A stretch of 64,000 nucleotides of DNA, from the NCBI GenBank assembly GCA_965645245.1, contig OZ287074.1, positions 868,001-932,000 of the forward strand. The letters are read 5' to 3'. Of this stretch, positions 25,023-38,105 are shown piece after piece (the stretch's first letter is position 1; each line of letters opens with the position of its first letter). Under the pieces are notes generated by a model. The model did no database searches and was not told the DNA's origin. It worked only from the letters and a program-made list of their open reading frames with translations. The stretch is from Massalongia carnosa (lineage: Eukaryota). The position numbers were made by a program, and so were the translations under genes.

Positions 25023-27726
25023 TGTAAACTAGTCAATATTTTGAGAGGAAAGAATAGTAGCAATGAAATAGTTATACTAAAGCTATAAGTGACGTAGGTG
25101 GGGTTAAAGCCAATGGCCACAACCGAAAATCGCCTGAACGGGTATCTACGGAGGCATAATCATGACCTCTCAGTTTTACCCCCTAAATCCCTATGTCGCT
25201 ACTCCAAAATCTTCGTCATGGAATATCGATACAAAAAATATTTTTGTCACATTCTAAAGAACTAAACTCCTTTTTTCTTCGATAAATCGGCGGTTACTTT
25301 GATACATAGTACATAACAACCATGAGTCAAAATTTAGGCTAGACAGGCAAGATAGGTTAGCGCAATTAGAGCAAGATGTACATACGCTGCAAAGAAAGTC
25401 ACATCGCCATTTTTGCAGCAGAACCCACAAGGCCAAGATATAAACTTTTTTTCCAAAAGCCTAAAGTTACTCCGATCTGCGAATATCAAATAGATACCCA
25501 AAGTTAGGATATCGGTGAGGCAGGCTAAAGATTGAGTGAAGTACAGAGTACTCAGGTCGATACTAAATTCTTCTTCTCCCGCAATTGTGCTAGATTTATC
25601 GTTCAATGTAATACTACAATGAAACTTTAAACCTTAATTCCCAATTTCTTTGAAAGCCGCTCGGCAAGTATTTCAGTACGTACTGAAGAGTAGGGATTGA
25701 TTGATGACTTAAGAATAGAAATCGGTTCAATCTCTGGCCCCTTTTGAGCAGTTTAAACTCTCTGGGAGAAATTGCTAATGAGAGGAGTAGAGGAAGAAGA
25801 TGGATCCGAAGAAAAAAACCTCTTATGGATCAGAAAATCTTCAAGACTTATAGGACGATCTACACCCCATTGATGTAGCTTTCTAAGTATGATATTCTCC
25901 GTTATTGAATCAGTTTTTCTTCGGTTCGGGCCATTCTAGAATGACAACAAAAAGCTTCAGAAAATGGCATTTATTATGCTTCCAATATCGGAAAAGAGTT
26001 TAACGTAGACCCTTAGGGAACAAGACATCACTGGCGCTCAGAGGCATCCAAAGTCTAGATAGAAACAGTATTTTAGCATAGTATGAACGAATCAAGAATT
26101 ATGATATCTTGAAGGCTATGGTATGCCAAGGCCCAATAATGCGTAATCCAGGGCCGATCAAGATGCTCTACTACCAGCGATTTATGGTCTGCTACACCAA
26201 GATCAACAGAACCAAAACGTTCGGATAGGACCCTTGGCTGTTAACTATGCGGAAGAAGGTTCACCCGCAATGATCCATGCACACAAACGTTCATACCAAA
26301 ACGAATCTTGTCCTTTAACGCATACTTATAAATACCCTCAGTTCAACGAGAGGACAAATTCCTTATTTCATGGAAAACAGTGCGTTCGTACTTATCATTA
26401 GATCTTGAACATTTTGATGCGCTTGGTATATGTATCGCCATTGCACTGCTTTAAGGCAATAATCTGTTTCACACATTCTGAATCCTGTTTCAAACTTTCG
26501 CTTCTCTTTTGCTGCAGTTCTAATAAATAATAACTGCAAGAATTGCTCTTAACTTTCTTTGTTGGCATTCTCCTGTTCGCTTTCCTTTTTTCGCCTGTTG
26601 GTCACTGAGCAGCATTTGCAACCTGTTTTATTTCTCACAGGAATGACCAAGCATGTATCCCATGCAGATCTGCATAGAAAAAAACACTAGAATGGAGTCA
26701 ACCTATCGAGCAGGCTCTGGGACTATCTTAACTAAATGGCTTGGTATCAAAATCTGCCTGGTAGCATTAGCCATAAAAGTGCTCTTGACATATGGCAAGA
26801 GAGTTATACCTAGTTGAAAATTTGGAAGGTCCCATAAAGTTAATTATCGAAGGCAGCTCGAACTCCTCTCAAGCCATGATTTTTAACTTCTTTGAATACC
26901 CAAAGAATGCCTGGAGATATTGTCTAATGTTGAAAAACTAAAAAGAGCAATGAGATCACCACGGAAGTATAACCTTAAGACTTGGATACCACGATATACT
27001 TTCTGAGTCTACAACATCGGCCCAGGACCATGGAGAGACTGCTCGTGTCACCCAGAAGTGCTTGGTTTTTTTGTCCACTAACCCGGATTAAAATTGAGCA
27101 CTTCTGGACGACACGAGTGGAAAGCCGTATTCTCAGAGCAAGTTTCAGAACAGAGAGGAGTACTTGAAAAGAATTCATATCAGAAGATAAAAAGAGAAGA
27201 ATAGAGAAGAGCGCTGAGGAGAAATCCCTTTCAAAATATTGCAAGGCAAGTGAAAATGGACAGGAAATAATGAAAGCACCTTCCATCAAGTCCTTCTCCG
27301 CTGAAAAAGACTACGGTGTATTTTCCTGCAAAGGGTATTAGGGCAGCTATAAACTGTATCAGGTGTGTCATTGCTGAAGATTAGATAGGTCACTGGAGAA
27401 GTGTTCTAACAAGATACCTGGCCAACGCAGGGCTACTGTCTGTTGTGAAAACAACTGACGAAGGATGAAGACAAGGTTGATCTTTAATAGAAGACTTACG
27501 CACGTGCCAGAGACAACTGAAAAATAATAACTTGATTGCTCATTCATATGGAAGTGGAATATCTGGAAGGCAAATATTGTTTTCGGCAAGAATTGAGGAC
27601 CGAAAAATAATGTGACTATTGACACTAATCTAGATCAGTTACAGTCTTCCCACAAAGCATTTTGGCACCAGAGTGTACGTTCCTTATTGATTCACCCACA
27701 CAACAGTTTTTACATCCGTTAATGGT

Positions 27727-30116
27727 ATGGGCCACAATCACAACAGCAACGCTATTGATCTTAATCGGCCTTTGCCTCCCCTGCCATTAACTACTTCATT
27801 AGACCCTCGATCCAATATGTCGTTCGATCTTATTGATCCCGAAGGTCTCCTTGCCAGTCCAACCCTACAGGGCTATCAGAGCCTTCCAAGTGGACCACCA
27901 AAATTAAGACGATCAGCAACCTCCTCGAGCTTTGCTCGAGCCAATGAGGGAATATCAACCTTTGCCAGTGTGACTCGTACCAAAGAGGGACTTCGAAAAA
28001 TGACACAAAACCTTCTGCAACCCTTTAGCAAAGAGAAACGCCCTACTTTTGAAGATGAGACGGAACTTCTCGAGCCAAAGAAGAAATATCCACAGGACTA
28101 CAGCGGACCCGATTCACGAATGCAACCGTAAGTTATTAGTCTTCCCATTTGGGCAGATCTTTGCTATCTCTTTTGCTAAGCTATAAACATAACATAGAAC
28201 TCATTCATATAGCGAGATTTCAAGTCTCAATCCCTGGCTCGACCCGATCCCCTTTCAAGACTCGCGTTCCTCCGAAGTTGGCAACTCTCACGCTAATCAA
28301 CGGAGCCAGCCCGTTTATGGTACTGGTAGTTATAGGGAGATGTCTTTACACAGCACATCACGACAAGGAGGTATCTCGCATGGAACTAGCTCATCTGAGG
28401 TAGGCCATGTCTATTACAATGAAGAAAACCATCATGCGTATCCTACTGGTAACTCTGTGGAGACGTCGCTGCGCAATTTGCCTCAACAGAAACAAGGTAT
28501 CGCTCATGTGCCCAGCTTCTCTGATCAGGACAATGGTTGCTATAATCAAGGAAACCATCAAGCTTATGACAATGGTAACTTCATGGAGTCATCGATTCGC
28601 AATACATCTCAACAGCAGAGGGGCATACCTCGAACCTCCCGTATCTCTGATGTGGACGACCCTCATTCTGCTCAAGCATGCCCTCAAGCTCTAGGGAGCA
28701 GTAATTCCATGGAGGTATCGCCTACCAAATTGCTTCATAAATCCAGAGGCATGAGTCAATCTCGCTCCGAGAGCCACATCGACCACAGTCTAGTACCCCC
28801 AACTTTGCTTCTGCCGGTACAGAACGAATCACGTAACCTTCATACTCATGGCGTAATGTTTGGCCATGAGCTCCAAGGATCTCCGTATGCTTCACCATCG
28901 CGAGGCCGCCCAGCTAATCGAATGCATTCGCCCACACCATTGCATGACATCTACGAGGATCAGCCATACTCTTTAGAACCTAGCCTATCAAAGCGTAACC
29001 GCTCTCCCGCCAAGCAAGCCTTAGGCGACCGTGACTCCGTTGCTCGAAGCACCAGTATCGAAGAATTACCTAGTCAGCCAGCCGTTCTTGAATCCAGCGT
29101 ACCAAATCGTAACCACTCTCCTACAAAGCAAGTCTTTGGCGGCCGTAGCCTCCTTGGGCGAAGCACCGGTATGAAAGATTTACCTAGCCAGCCAGCTGGT
29201 TTTGAGTCCAGCCTACCAAAGCTTAACCGCTCTCCTTCCAAGCAATTATTTGGTGATCGTGGCTTTCTTGGGCGAAGTACTAGTATGAAGGAAGCACCCA
29301 ACCCTCAATACCGCAAGAAGAGTATTAAGGACATGAGTGGGAGAGTTAGACAGCGTCTTGGAGAGTTTGTTAGCAGCCTTTTTACTATGCTTTTTTACAG
29401 TCATCTAATATTTTTCTGTCAAATAGGCTCTAGATTTGGGAAAGAAGATCCTCCCAGCTCCCGGCCCACCTCATCATCCTAAAACTGGCCTGACCTCCAG
29501 ATGGAAGACACGGTTCCCTACCGAACATTTAGTGCGCGCTACATTCCTAATCTCTTTAGGACCCTCCGAACAAGCAGAGCTCTATCGCACCGTCGAGCTT
29601 ATGGTCTGCGCGGCCGCGAATGATTACTTGAAGATTCAGGTCGCAGAAGGCCGTATGGACCCTGCAACCTTGCGTAAAGCGATCAATTATTACATCGCTC
29701 AGAATCGCCCGCAGGTGTTCGAGTATCATTTTGACCAGAGGACTCAGTGCCAACTTATCAATGACAATATTCAGACCTTTCGTTTCTATGGGGAACGCGC
29801 CGAGGATCTGATTGCTGTGCGGACAATGCTGAATTGTTGGCAACATTTCGCGCGCGAAATGAGTGTACGCACCTTCTGTAGCCCAGACGCTGTGATTAAG
29901 AAACAGTTACAAGATGTCTACAAAGTGCTTGAGATGCTCGGGGCGAAAGATAGGGTCTTTTATGAGTTCCAGGGCGTCCAAATCCGGGCGCTTAAGACTA
30001 TGAAAGACGCAGAAGAAAAAAAGGCAGCGCATGAGAATATTCAGTGGGGAGTAGAACATGCTTGGGAGCCTAAGGAAGAGGATATGGTCCCAGATGAGTT
30101 GAATCCATTCGCTTGA
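27727..30116 (+). CDS. conserved hypothetical protein with a disordered repeat-rich N-half and a globular C-terminal domain, 3 exons
   Basis: ORFs 27727, 28340 and 29436 join in frame through GT..AG introns. The C-terminal ELMVCAAAN..GRM..NRPQV.E..FDQ.TQ..EMSVRTFC.PD..LEMLGA resembles a family I recall from filamentous ascomycetes. Function unknown. Confidence 0.8.
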
Positions 30117-33100
30117 TAAAAGGACGAAGCTGGGCTCTTCAAGTTTTTTTTTCAGAATGTAGGAATGACGGAATCTTGATTTGTCGACTTGGTCGGCTTT
30201 TCAATCTGGCTTAAGTAGGCTTCTTTTCCCAGATTGGGATAAATGGATGAACGGTGGCTTGGTGACTTTCTTTCTTTTTGAGATGCTAGGTGGGCGGATT
30301 GTCAATTTCTATCTTCCCCTTATTGCGCGATTGCTCGAAATCAATTGATGGGCTACATGGCAGCTTTGCTTCGTGAGTAAGCGTCTCCATTCTTTCGCTC
30401 CCTGAGAGCTAAAAATTGTTCGAAGACTCTCAAGGGCGCACTTCATTTTTCTATTTTCAAAATTCACCCTTACAGACAGCTCTGTTGTGGACTTTCGTCC
30501 ACGATGTAAGTAGCTTCAGCTAGCTTTGCGTAGTGTCATTCGATTCCGCGGTCTTTCACTAGATATGCTGCGTACCGTTAATGCTTGATCTACTTGGACT
30601 CGTGCTGATATTTGGTAAGACGTTCACTCCGATGCTTTTGTCCACGATCTTCCTCTCGATTCTTCCGATACACAGAGCCTGTTACGCTATATGTATATTG
30701 TTTCAGCAACTAGTAAACCGCCATCTAGCCAACCTCCCAAGTTCATTTTTTAGCCAAAACCATTCGTCCTGATTGATTTACCCTCGTATTCCACCTCACT
30801 ATTTCGCTTTCATCCATCAACGACTACATCCATCCATTAGCCCTACCTACTATCTACCTCCACCTCTACCCCCTTCTCTCATCGATTGATAATCTCCAGC
30901 TGTAAAAGTAAAAAAAAGAAGCATTTACCTCCTATACCCCTTCTCGCCCCGCCTATTAGCCATCGCATGAAAACCCATAGTGCACATATCTTGTCTACAT
31001 ATCTTGTCTGTTGAGATGCGAGTTTTTAAAGAGTCAAGATATTTGTCGGGGCTGTTTCTTCGCTATTTTCCAATGCTTAGATATCACCGGGCTCAAAATT
31101 GGTATCTTTAGACATGATTTTTTTTCGAGTCAACCGCTTTTCTTTTCCACAATGAATAGTGCACCTGTGGAAAAGACCTGGGATTTTAATTCCCTTTCTC
31201 ACTTACATACATCGGTTTACCTACTAAGTAACTTAGGTACCTTTCATCCCCACTCCGTTTGTGACCTCAAACATTCAGCTCCAACATCCAACTTTCCACA
31301 ATCAAAAACGAATAACTCGTGTGAATAGTACATGATATGATACACACAACCCGACGGTTTCTGAACATTATAAGTGTTTCCTAATCGTGGGGATTACACT
31401 TGCTTGCTCCTGCTCCTGTTGGCTTTTTTTATTTTTCGTTTCTTTTCTTTGGAATTCCGACAAGTCAAATTAACCGCTAACCGCAATATGCCAAAACGTC
31501 AATTCAACCTCGCATTGGATGTTGGGAATCTGGCTGCTAAAGTTTGGATCCAAATTCCATAAGTAGCCCACTCACTATTTCAATCTAAATGCTCCTTGAC
31601 GGTGGCAGCAATAGCAACAGCAAATAATTCATTCCCCACTCACGCTTTCTCTCTCTATCCTCTGTTTCCCTCTCTTCCAACCCGGCTCGCAAACCTCCTT
31701 CCAAAAAAACATAAACGCTTGCGAATCATTTTTAATCCATCTACCCATTCCCGCCTTCTTTCCCACAGCCCTGCTAGAGTTTTCATCCGCGCCCCGTGAT
31801 GCTTTTTATTTTTCCATCTTTCCCTATTGTGGGGCATATAGCATCCGTCCTTCGACATTCTGTGGCTTGGGATTGAAACGAGATGAGATTCGTCGGAATG
31901 GACGTAGTAGGGAACTAGCTAATTGGCTGGGGTTCTCATTAAAACGGAGAACGGAGAACGGAATGAAATTGAATGGCTGGGTTGGGTTGGGTTGGGGTTT
32001 ATGTCTTGAGGGAAAGAAGTCGGGGCCAGCTGGGCTTTCTTTTCTTTTGTGTGTCGCAACGAACTTCGAAGTTTCTGATATCGGTCGAGGACTTGGTTGT
32101 TGAGCTGAGTGAGTGAGCAAGTGAGCAAGTGAAACCAAACATTAGTGACTCCATCTCTCACTCGGTCCAGAGATTCTGCTTGCATCTTTTTGTACGTCTC
32201 CAATCTCTTCAAGCTCTTCAAGCTCTCTCCTCGCCTCCACCTCTTATCACGCTCTTCACTACTCAACTTAACTTAACCCATCCCTCAATCTCACCCCCAA
32301 TCCCGAACTCTCACTCTCCCCTCTCTCTATCTCTCTCTCTATCGATCCACCAATCGTCCCCTATCCTGAATCCCTCCCCTCTTCCCGATATGTTTCTCGT
32401 CGTAGTTTTCTGCTTCATTCCGAGTAGGTGCTTTGTTGTTAGAGAAACCTTTGCTAAAACCCAGCACTCTATTCATCCACCCACATCCCATCCCATCGCT
32501 TTCCTTTCCTTCATTTTACCTCGCTCTCTCTCTCTATAAAAACCCCAATTCCCTCTAGGTTCAATCCCCCCCAAGAAATTTACCTCAATCAGAAAACCCA
32601 CACCCCGGCCAAAATTTTACCAAATACAGGCCGCAGAGGAGGTCCTAGAGCACATCAGTTGCTCGCTCATGCAGTATACCTACTCTACATACGCATCCTT
32701 CCCTCTCAATACTTTTCTCAGGAAGAGAAGAGAACACAATGGAGGAGTATCTCGTCCAAAACTAAACGTCCCACCCTCATTCCTAGCCCTATGCTTAGCT
32801 ATTCATTTGATCAATCTACCCTGACTGGTTCACTCGCCCATTCTTATCAACATCTGCCGTACCCTACCGTACCCCATCCTAACCTCATCATGATTTCCTT
32901 TCGTTCTTCCTTATCAAACTCCCCTGCCTTCCCTCTTCCTCTGCCTTTCTATCTCCTCTACTTCGTAGTCAGCAGTCATAGTAGAAACAGAAGTCGATGA
33001 AGCGTGCTTGGGCCCGTTTGAGAGGATGGAGGAGGGGGGGGGTGTTGCTTGAACGAATAGGCGCGTAGGGGAAGTCTTCTGCTGTAGAAACCTAGTAGCC

Positions 33101-33481
33101 CAGTCTTAGCACAGACGTATAGTAAGCCAGCCACACTATCCCCAATCGGGCAGTTTAATCCAATTAGGCAAGTAAAGCTGGCAATACAACATGAAAGCCG
33201 TTGTTAAACACAAGAGGAGCCGCAGCTCGGCGTCAATTCCGTCCTTGTATGATACGAAGCAGATCCTAACGAAAACGCCAACGCCGCCCGGTAACAAGGA
33301 ATCCCCTTTTCCTAATCTTCCCGCGCCCTTGGGTATCTTCGCTAAAAAAAACATTGAAGAAATTAAAGCAACGCATCCCCCCAAAACAAAAGAAATAACA
33401 TAGGAAAGTTAAAAAGAAAACGAAAAATTTTAGTAAAGCGCAGCAAACCCTCCCCTTCCACCTCTTCCCCCTCCCTCCCAC

Positions 33482-36400
33482 TCACCGTACCGCCCTAGGC
33501 TCAAACTCCCCCACGAGCCCCCCGTTCAACAACTCCGCCACCATCCTCCCCCGTTGCACCTCCATGTCCTCTCCCCCGTAGGACATGGGGTCAACCCCTA
33601 ATACCACCATCCTCGCGGTGGTGCATGTAAACACCCCGCAGTCGCTCCCATTGAGCTGCCGCGGGCCAGCTCCGAAGCTGCCCGTAGGCACCGACCACTC
33701 TCCCTCCTTCCACGACTTCCCGAGTTCCTCCCTCAGCCATAGCTTCGCATTCCTAATGTAGGAATCGGCTCGCCCACCCATCGAGTCGAAATACTCGATG
33801 GTGCGGGCGAGGGGGCTGACCACGAGCAAGGTCCAATGGGCACCTTGGTGGACTGGGATGAAGACACGTTCGACCTTCAAGAGGTCCTCCTTGCCAATCT
33901 TGGCCTTGGCAGCCCAGCGCTTAATGCTCTGGGCTCCTTTGTCGCGGAGGTTCTTGTAAAAGAACGTGTTGAAGGCGTGGAACTTGGGCGTTTCGCCGGC
34001 CTCGTGGTTCGACACACGCAGACCGTACTCCACCACTTGGTGCAAGCAGGCTGCAATGATCTCGTCATTCAGCCATCCGTGCGCAGGATCTCGTCCCGGG
34101 ACCACTTTTAAGGTACCCAAGTCTTTGCGGGTCAGGGCGGCGCCGCTCGACAAGGTTACCAGCACTTGGCTCATGTCCCGGGTATCTAGTGCCTGCTGCA
34201 CTCTCCCATTCCAAGCCGCATCCAGAGGTTGGATGATATTTTCGGTCGGGATGCGACGGACGCCTTGCTTTTGGCGTTCGTCCGCGGCTGCCTTTGCTTT
34301 GCGAGCCTCCTCGTCCGCGTCCAAGTCTATTTGCCGGGCTCTTTCTTCAGCTACGATGGCTACCTCAAGCTCGCGCAGCTTTTTCTTAAGCTGCCTCTTT
34401 TTTTCGTCTTCTTTGTCCTGTGCTTCTTTGACGATTCGCTGCGAGTGGCGACGCTCCGCTACGTTGAAGCCGATAGCGCCTTGAGACTCCCGTGGCGTTC
34501 CTAGGGTCTTTCTACGCACCGCAGCGCTCCTTTGACGTGTTTGACTCTTCTTGCGACCGGTTTCCCTTCCTTTGTCTGATAAGTCCAAACTAGCAAAGTC
34601 CGAATACTCGTCATCTGATGCGAACAAGTTCTGTCCAGATGCCAATGCATGGGATCCTTCTATCGAGGCTGCTTCTTCCTCCACGGCTGGCCTATCTGCC
34701 TCCACCACAAGGCTACATGCCGTCACTTCTGCTGAGGTATCATTGAGAACTGCTGCGCAGCCTGCCTCGCTGACCATGGGAAAATCTTTAAGTGCTAATG
34801 CAGAGGTAGAATCTCTCAATGCAAATGAATTTCCTTCAAACGACTTGGTAGGGTTCTGAGCTGCCGATGCGTCGAACTCGACTTCGTTGCGAAGGCTGTC
34901 TTGATGAGGTGACGATAAATTACGCTCAACATGCTGATCGAAATATCCTTGCGCGCCGGTGTGGGAGTGGAGTCTTCCTTGGGTATCTCTAAACTCTATA
35001 ACAGTGCTGGGTGCTTGCAATGCCGATGCATTTTCCTCCGGAGGATTAGCGAACAGAGCAACATTATCAGTTGTAGTGGAAGGATACAGTGATCGATCGT
35101 CGATAGGTGAACTCGGGAAAGGCGTAAAAACATTTGGCGCACTACTGCTAGGATCTACAACAAATAATTTTACTAGAGAACGCTGATGGGTCGAGCTAGG
35201 AGCTGATGCCACGGCTGGTGATGACAAGGCATCGTTTACACCAGATATCAATGATTCTGTGCTAGAAGTGTGAGCTGCTGCTTTTCTAGGATAGGTCAAG
35301 TTGCTATGTAATAAAGAATCGCAATCATTGATGCTCAAAGACGATTTTTTATAAGGTGGACTAGAGCTGACAGGAAAATCCATGGACTCTTCGTATATGA
35401 ACTTCTTAGTCTTAGTGATCGGTCTGCCAGTTCTAGGGCTCACAAAGAATGCGACACTCTTCTTCGGAGACCGCTTAGGTGTGTCCAGACCTGATCGGGT
35501 TACTGATTGTGAGAAGCTCTGGTGTTTGCGAATGCCAGATTTTGCACCTGTAGATCGAAGAACGCTTGGCAATTTATCGGATTTATGTGAGCGTGAGACT
35601 TGGATATTTTTGCTCGCAACTCTTCGCTTAAGACCAGCTTTCGATGCTTTCGCCTTTATTTTGAGCTCTTCATCAATAAGCGCTTGGAGTTGGGCGCATG
35701 GCTTAGAATCTAAAGTTTTCTGAAATCCTTTAACTTGGTCATCCGACGTATCAGACATATTTTCGTCCATCTCATCTGATATAGTAGATTCGTCGATCGA
35801 TGCTGCTTCTGGATTCGAATGATGTCTTAGCATACCGGTAGAATTAACTGCATTTTTCGGAGAGGGCTGTGCAGATAAGAGCGAGTTATTAATCATATTG
35901 ATTTGTGAGTTTGAAGAGCCTTGAGTCATGTTCCAGGGTTGTGGTTTCTCGGTCGTAAAATCTCTGGTAGTGTTAGGAGTAGTGTCGGAAGGATTAATTA
36001 ATATGTTCAGGGACGATTGTGTTAATGAGGAAGCGTTAATCGTATTCATGGATGAACTGGAGGGGTCCCGGGTCATGTTCCAGCCCTTAGGTTTTTCGAT
36101 TGCAATATCTCTGGTCATTTTAGAGAGAATAGATGCCGGCTCATCTGTCTTAAGCTTGTCTACTTCGGATCCCGTAGATGCACTGAATCCTGAGCTAGAT
36201 GGGGCGTTAATGAATGGACTTGGAGAGTGTACTGCGCGCGGGGTTGCTGTGTTGAAGAATGAAAAGGTTGATGATGCAGCGGTGAAAAATGGCGCGCGAG
36301 AAAATGCGGTATTGGAAACCCCAGTGTTAGGTGCTGATGCGTCAATTGCTGCACTGTTGGAAGCTCCAGGACTAGCAGATGATGCGTTAATGAGCGTTGG

Positions 36401-37147
36401 GCTAGAACTCGTCTGCGAAGATCCTTGAGTTGCACCGGTCATCACATATGGGTGGCGGGGTACATCTGACTCGATGTCTTCCATCATGGCGGCAAGATCC
36501 TCTTGTTCAGTAAATTGAATATCCTGCATCTGAATGGAATCCAAGAATTTCCGCCGAGCACGTCGCTCTTCATCAATTAGGGCACCGCTGCTTGTCATAT
36601 GAGGCGGGGACCGACTGCGTCGACTCCGTGGTGGTGATTGAGGGCCAAATCGGCGGCGGACTTTGGTAGGTAGAGTGGTTGTAATGGAGACGAGACGGCG
36701 CTTTACGGCATTGCTTGTCTGCACCGCTGCGGTAAAGGTATAGCGTACATGCCGATTGCTGTATGCATATCGTCCCGCGTTATATGTTCCGCGAACGAGT
36801 TCTTTCGAAACTAAGGCGATGACCAAAGTGCCCAAATAAAGAGCCTTGATGATCACCCGTTGCCAGGTCCAACGCTCCTTCATTTCACGATACTCGCGCT
36901 GCCAAGTGCTTTCGTGGGGGGGGGAGGGAGGATGATTGGGATATTCGTTCAATGCGTCCATCACATTCGCTGCGTATTGCGTGATAACAGTGGGTATTGA
37001 CTGTAGGTTTTGGGGATTGAGAGGTTGATGTTCTCGTTCTGTTATCTCTTGATCGTCCACAGCAAACTCGTCGAAGTTGCGACGGCGGCCTGGATTAAAG
37101 GTTGGGGGGGTTGTAGCGTGCCAATCCATCACATCCGGGTTGTCCAT
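33482..37147 (-). CDS. ULP1: Ulp1/SENP-family SUMO protease (peptidase C48)
   Basis: 1221-aa single ORF. The C-terminus carries WLNDEII, FNTFFY, PVHQGAHW, YFDSMG and QLNGSDCGVF (His-Asp-Cys triad plus Gln). Confidence 0.93.
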   Translation of the reverse strand: MDNPDVMDWHATTPPTFNPGRRRNFDEFAVDDQEITEREHQPLNPQNLQSIPTVITQYAANVMDALNEYPNHPPSPPHESTWQREYREMKERWTWQRVIIKALYLGTLVIALVSKELVRGTYNAGRYAYSNRHVRYTFTAAVQTSNAVKRRLVSITTTLPTKVRRRFGPQSPPRSRRSRSPPHMTSSGALIDEERRARRKFLDSIQMQDIQFTEQEDLAAMMEDIESDVPRHPYVMTGATQGSSQTSSSPTLINASSASPGASNSAAIDASAPNTGVSNTAFSRAPFFTAASSTFSFFNTATPRAVHSPSPFINAPSSSGFSASTGSEVDKLKTDEPASILSKMTRDIAIEKPKGWNMTRDPSSSSMNTINASSLTQSSLNILINPSDTTPNTTRDFTTEKPQPWNMTQGSSNSQINMINNSLLSAQPSPKNAVNSTGMLRHHSNPEAASIDESTISDEMDENMSDTSDDQVKGFQKTLDSKPCAQLQALIDEELKIKAKASKAGLKRRVASKNIQVSRSHKSDKLPSVLRSTGAKSGIRKHQSFSQSVTRSGLDTPKRSPKKSVAFFVSPRTGRPITKTKKFIYEESMDFPVSSSPPYKKSSLSINDCDSLLHSNLTYPRKAAAHTSSTESLISGVNDALSSPAVASAPSSTHQRSLVKLFVVDPSSSAPNVFTPFPSSPIDDRSLYPSTTTDNVALFANPPEENASALQAPSTVIEFRDTQGRLHSHTGAQGYFDQHVERNLSSPHQDSLRNEVEFDASAAQNPTKSFEGNSFALRDSTSALALKDFPMVSEAGCAAVLNDTSAEVTACSLVVEADRPAVEEEAASIEGSHALASGQNLFASDDEYSDFASLDLSDKGRETGRKKSQTRQRSAAVRRKTLGTPRESQGAIGFNVAERRHSQRIVKEAQDKEDEKKRQLKKKLRELEVAIVAEERARQIDLDADEEARKAKAAADERQKQGVRRIPTENIIQPLDAAWNGRVQQALDTRDMSQVLVTLSSGAALTRKDLGTLKVVPGRDPAHGWLNDEIIAACLHQVVEYGLRVSNHEAGETPKFHAFNTFFYKNLRDKGAQSIKRWAAKAKIGKEDLLKVERVFIPVHQGAHWTLLVVSPLARTIEYFDSMGGRADSYIRNAKLWLREELGKSWKEGEWSVPTGSFGAGPRQLNGSDCGVFTCTTARMVVLGVDPMSYGGEDMEVQRGRMVAELLNGGLVGEFEPRAVR

Positions 37148-38105
37148 GGTGAGGGTGGTACAATGTAAAAGAGGTTTAACGATGTCAGTGTAAAAGTAGA
37201 AGTGAGCTCTTGCTGAAGAGATAAAGATTGGCGCTTGAGTCTGATTAAGTAATCGTCAACGTTGTAGTGGTTAGAAAGATGGTAGAAGCTGTTGTTGGTG
37301 ATTACAATGTTGTCAGAGGGAGTAGAGGGAAAAGAGGAAAGAGAAGAAAGAGAAAAGGTTTTGTTGTGGGGGGTAAACAATCTAAGAAGCCCTAAGAGGG
37401 GCGCCATTGTGAGATGAGGGCAAATGCCGATATTCACACTTGAGGGAGAAGAAGTATTGCGATGCGAGGTCGCGATGTTGAAGCTAAGTATTAGTACTCC
37501 GTACAAGCACCTATTGCGGTCTCGAAACAGCCTAGTGGGATGTTCTTTGTGGAATCAGCCGCTAATGCGGGCAAAAGCAACACGAATCAAGATTAAGCAC
37601 AACATCTCCTCTATTCCTTGCAAGGCGAGACAAGACGACCTTGATACAGCACCATCACCAATCAAACCGGGGAGGTCAAGAACTACCATCACCAAGAAAA
37701 TCCTTGTGCACAATGGCGCAACGCTTTTAGCTACCTATCGAGATTGCGTCTTCGTACCTGAGTAAATTGACAACCGGTCCTACAAGATCAGTGTTCATGC
37801 AAGGGATTTCTCTTATGGTATTTATGGTTATTTCTAACATAAGCCCCTTTCGTTGTGGGAGGTACGGAGTAGAAGAACACTTGAAAGATCTACACCAAAA
37901 AATACAAACCCGTTCCGAGAGCACCAAAGGATTTACTCCATACCTAAAGCCAATATATTCATGTATGGGCAAAGATGTACAGTATGAAGAGTAAATAGGC
38001 AGAGACTCTCGAATAGGTACCAGAATCCAGGAACCATTGATTGGAGGAGCAATGTCAGTCAGCTAGGTATTTGGCAAAGCACATGGATGTTCTAGAAATC
38101 CACCG

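Noticed and set aside
25200..27650. possible decayed gene or transposon in an AT-leaning interval
   Set aside because: Protein-like fragments occur, but the stop density is near random expectation. I found no motif or termini.
30120..33480. ORFs and short repeats between the hypothetical gene and ULP1
   Set aside because: This is low-complexity intergenic DNA between convergent genes, with no recognisable product.
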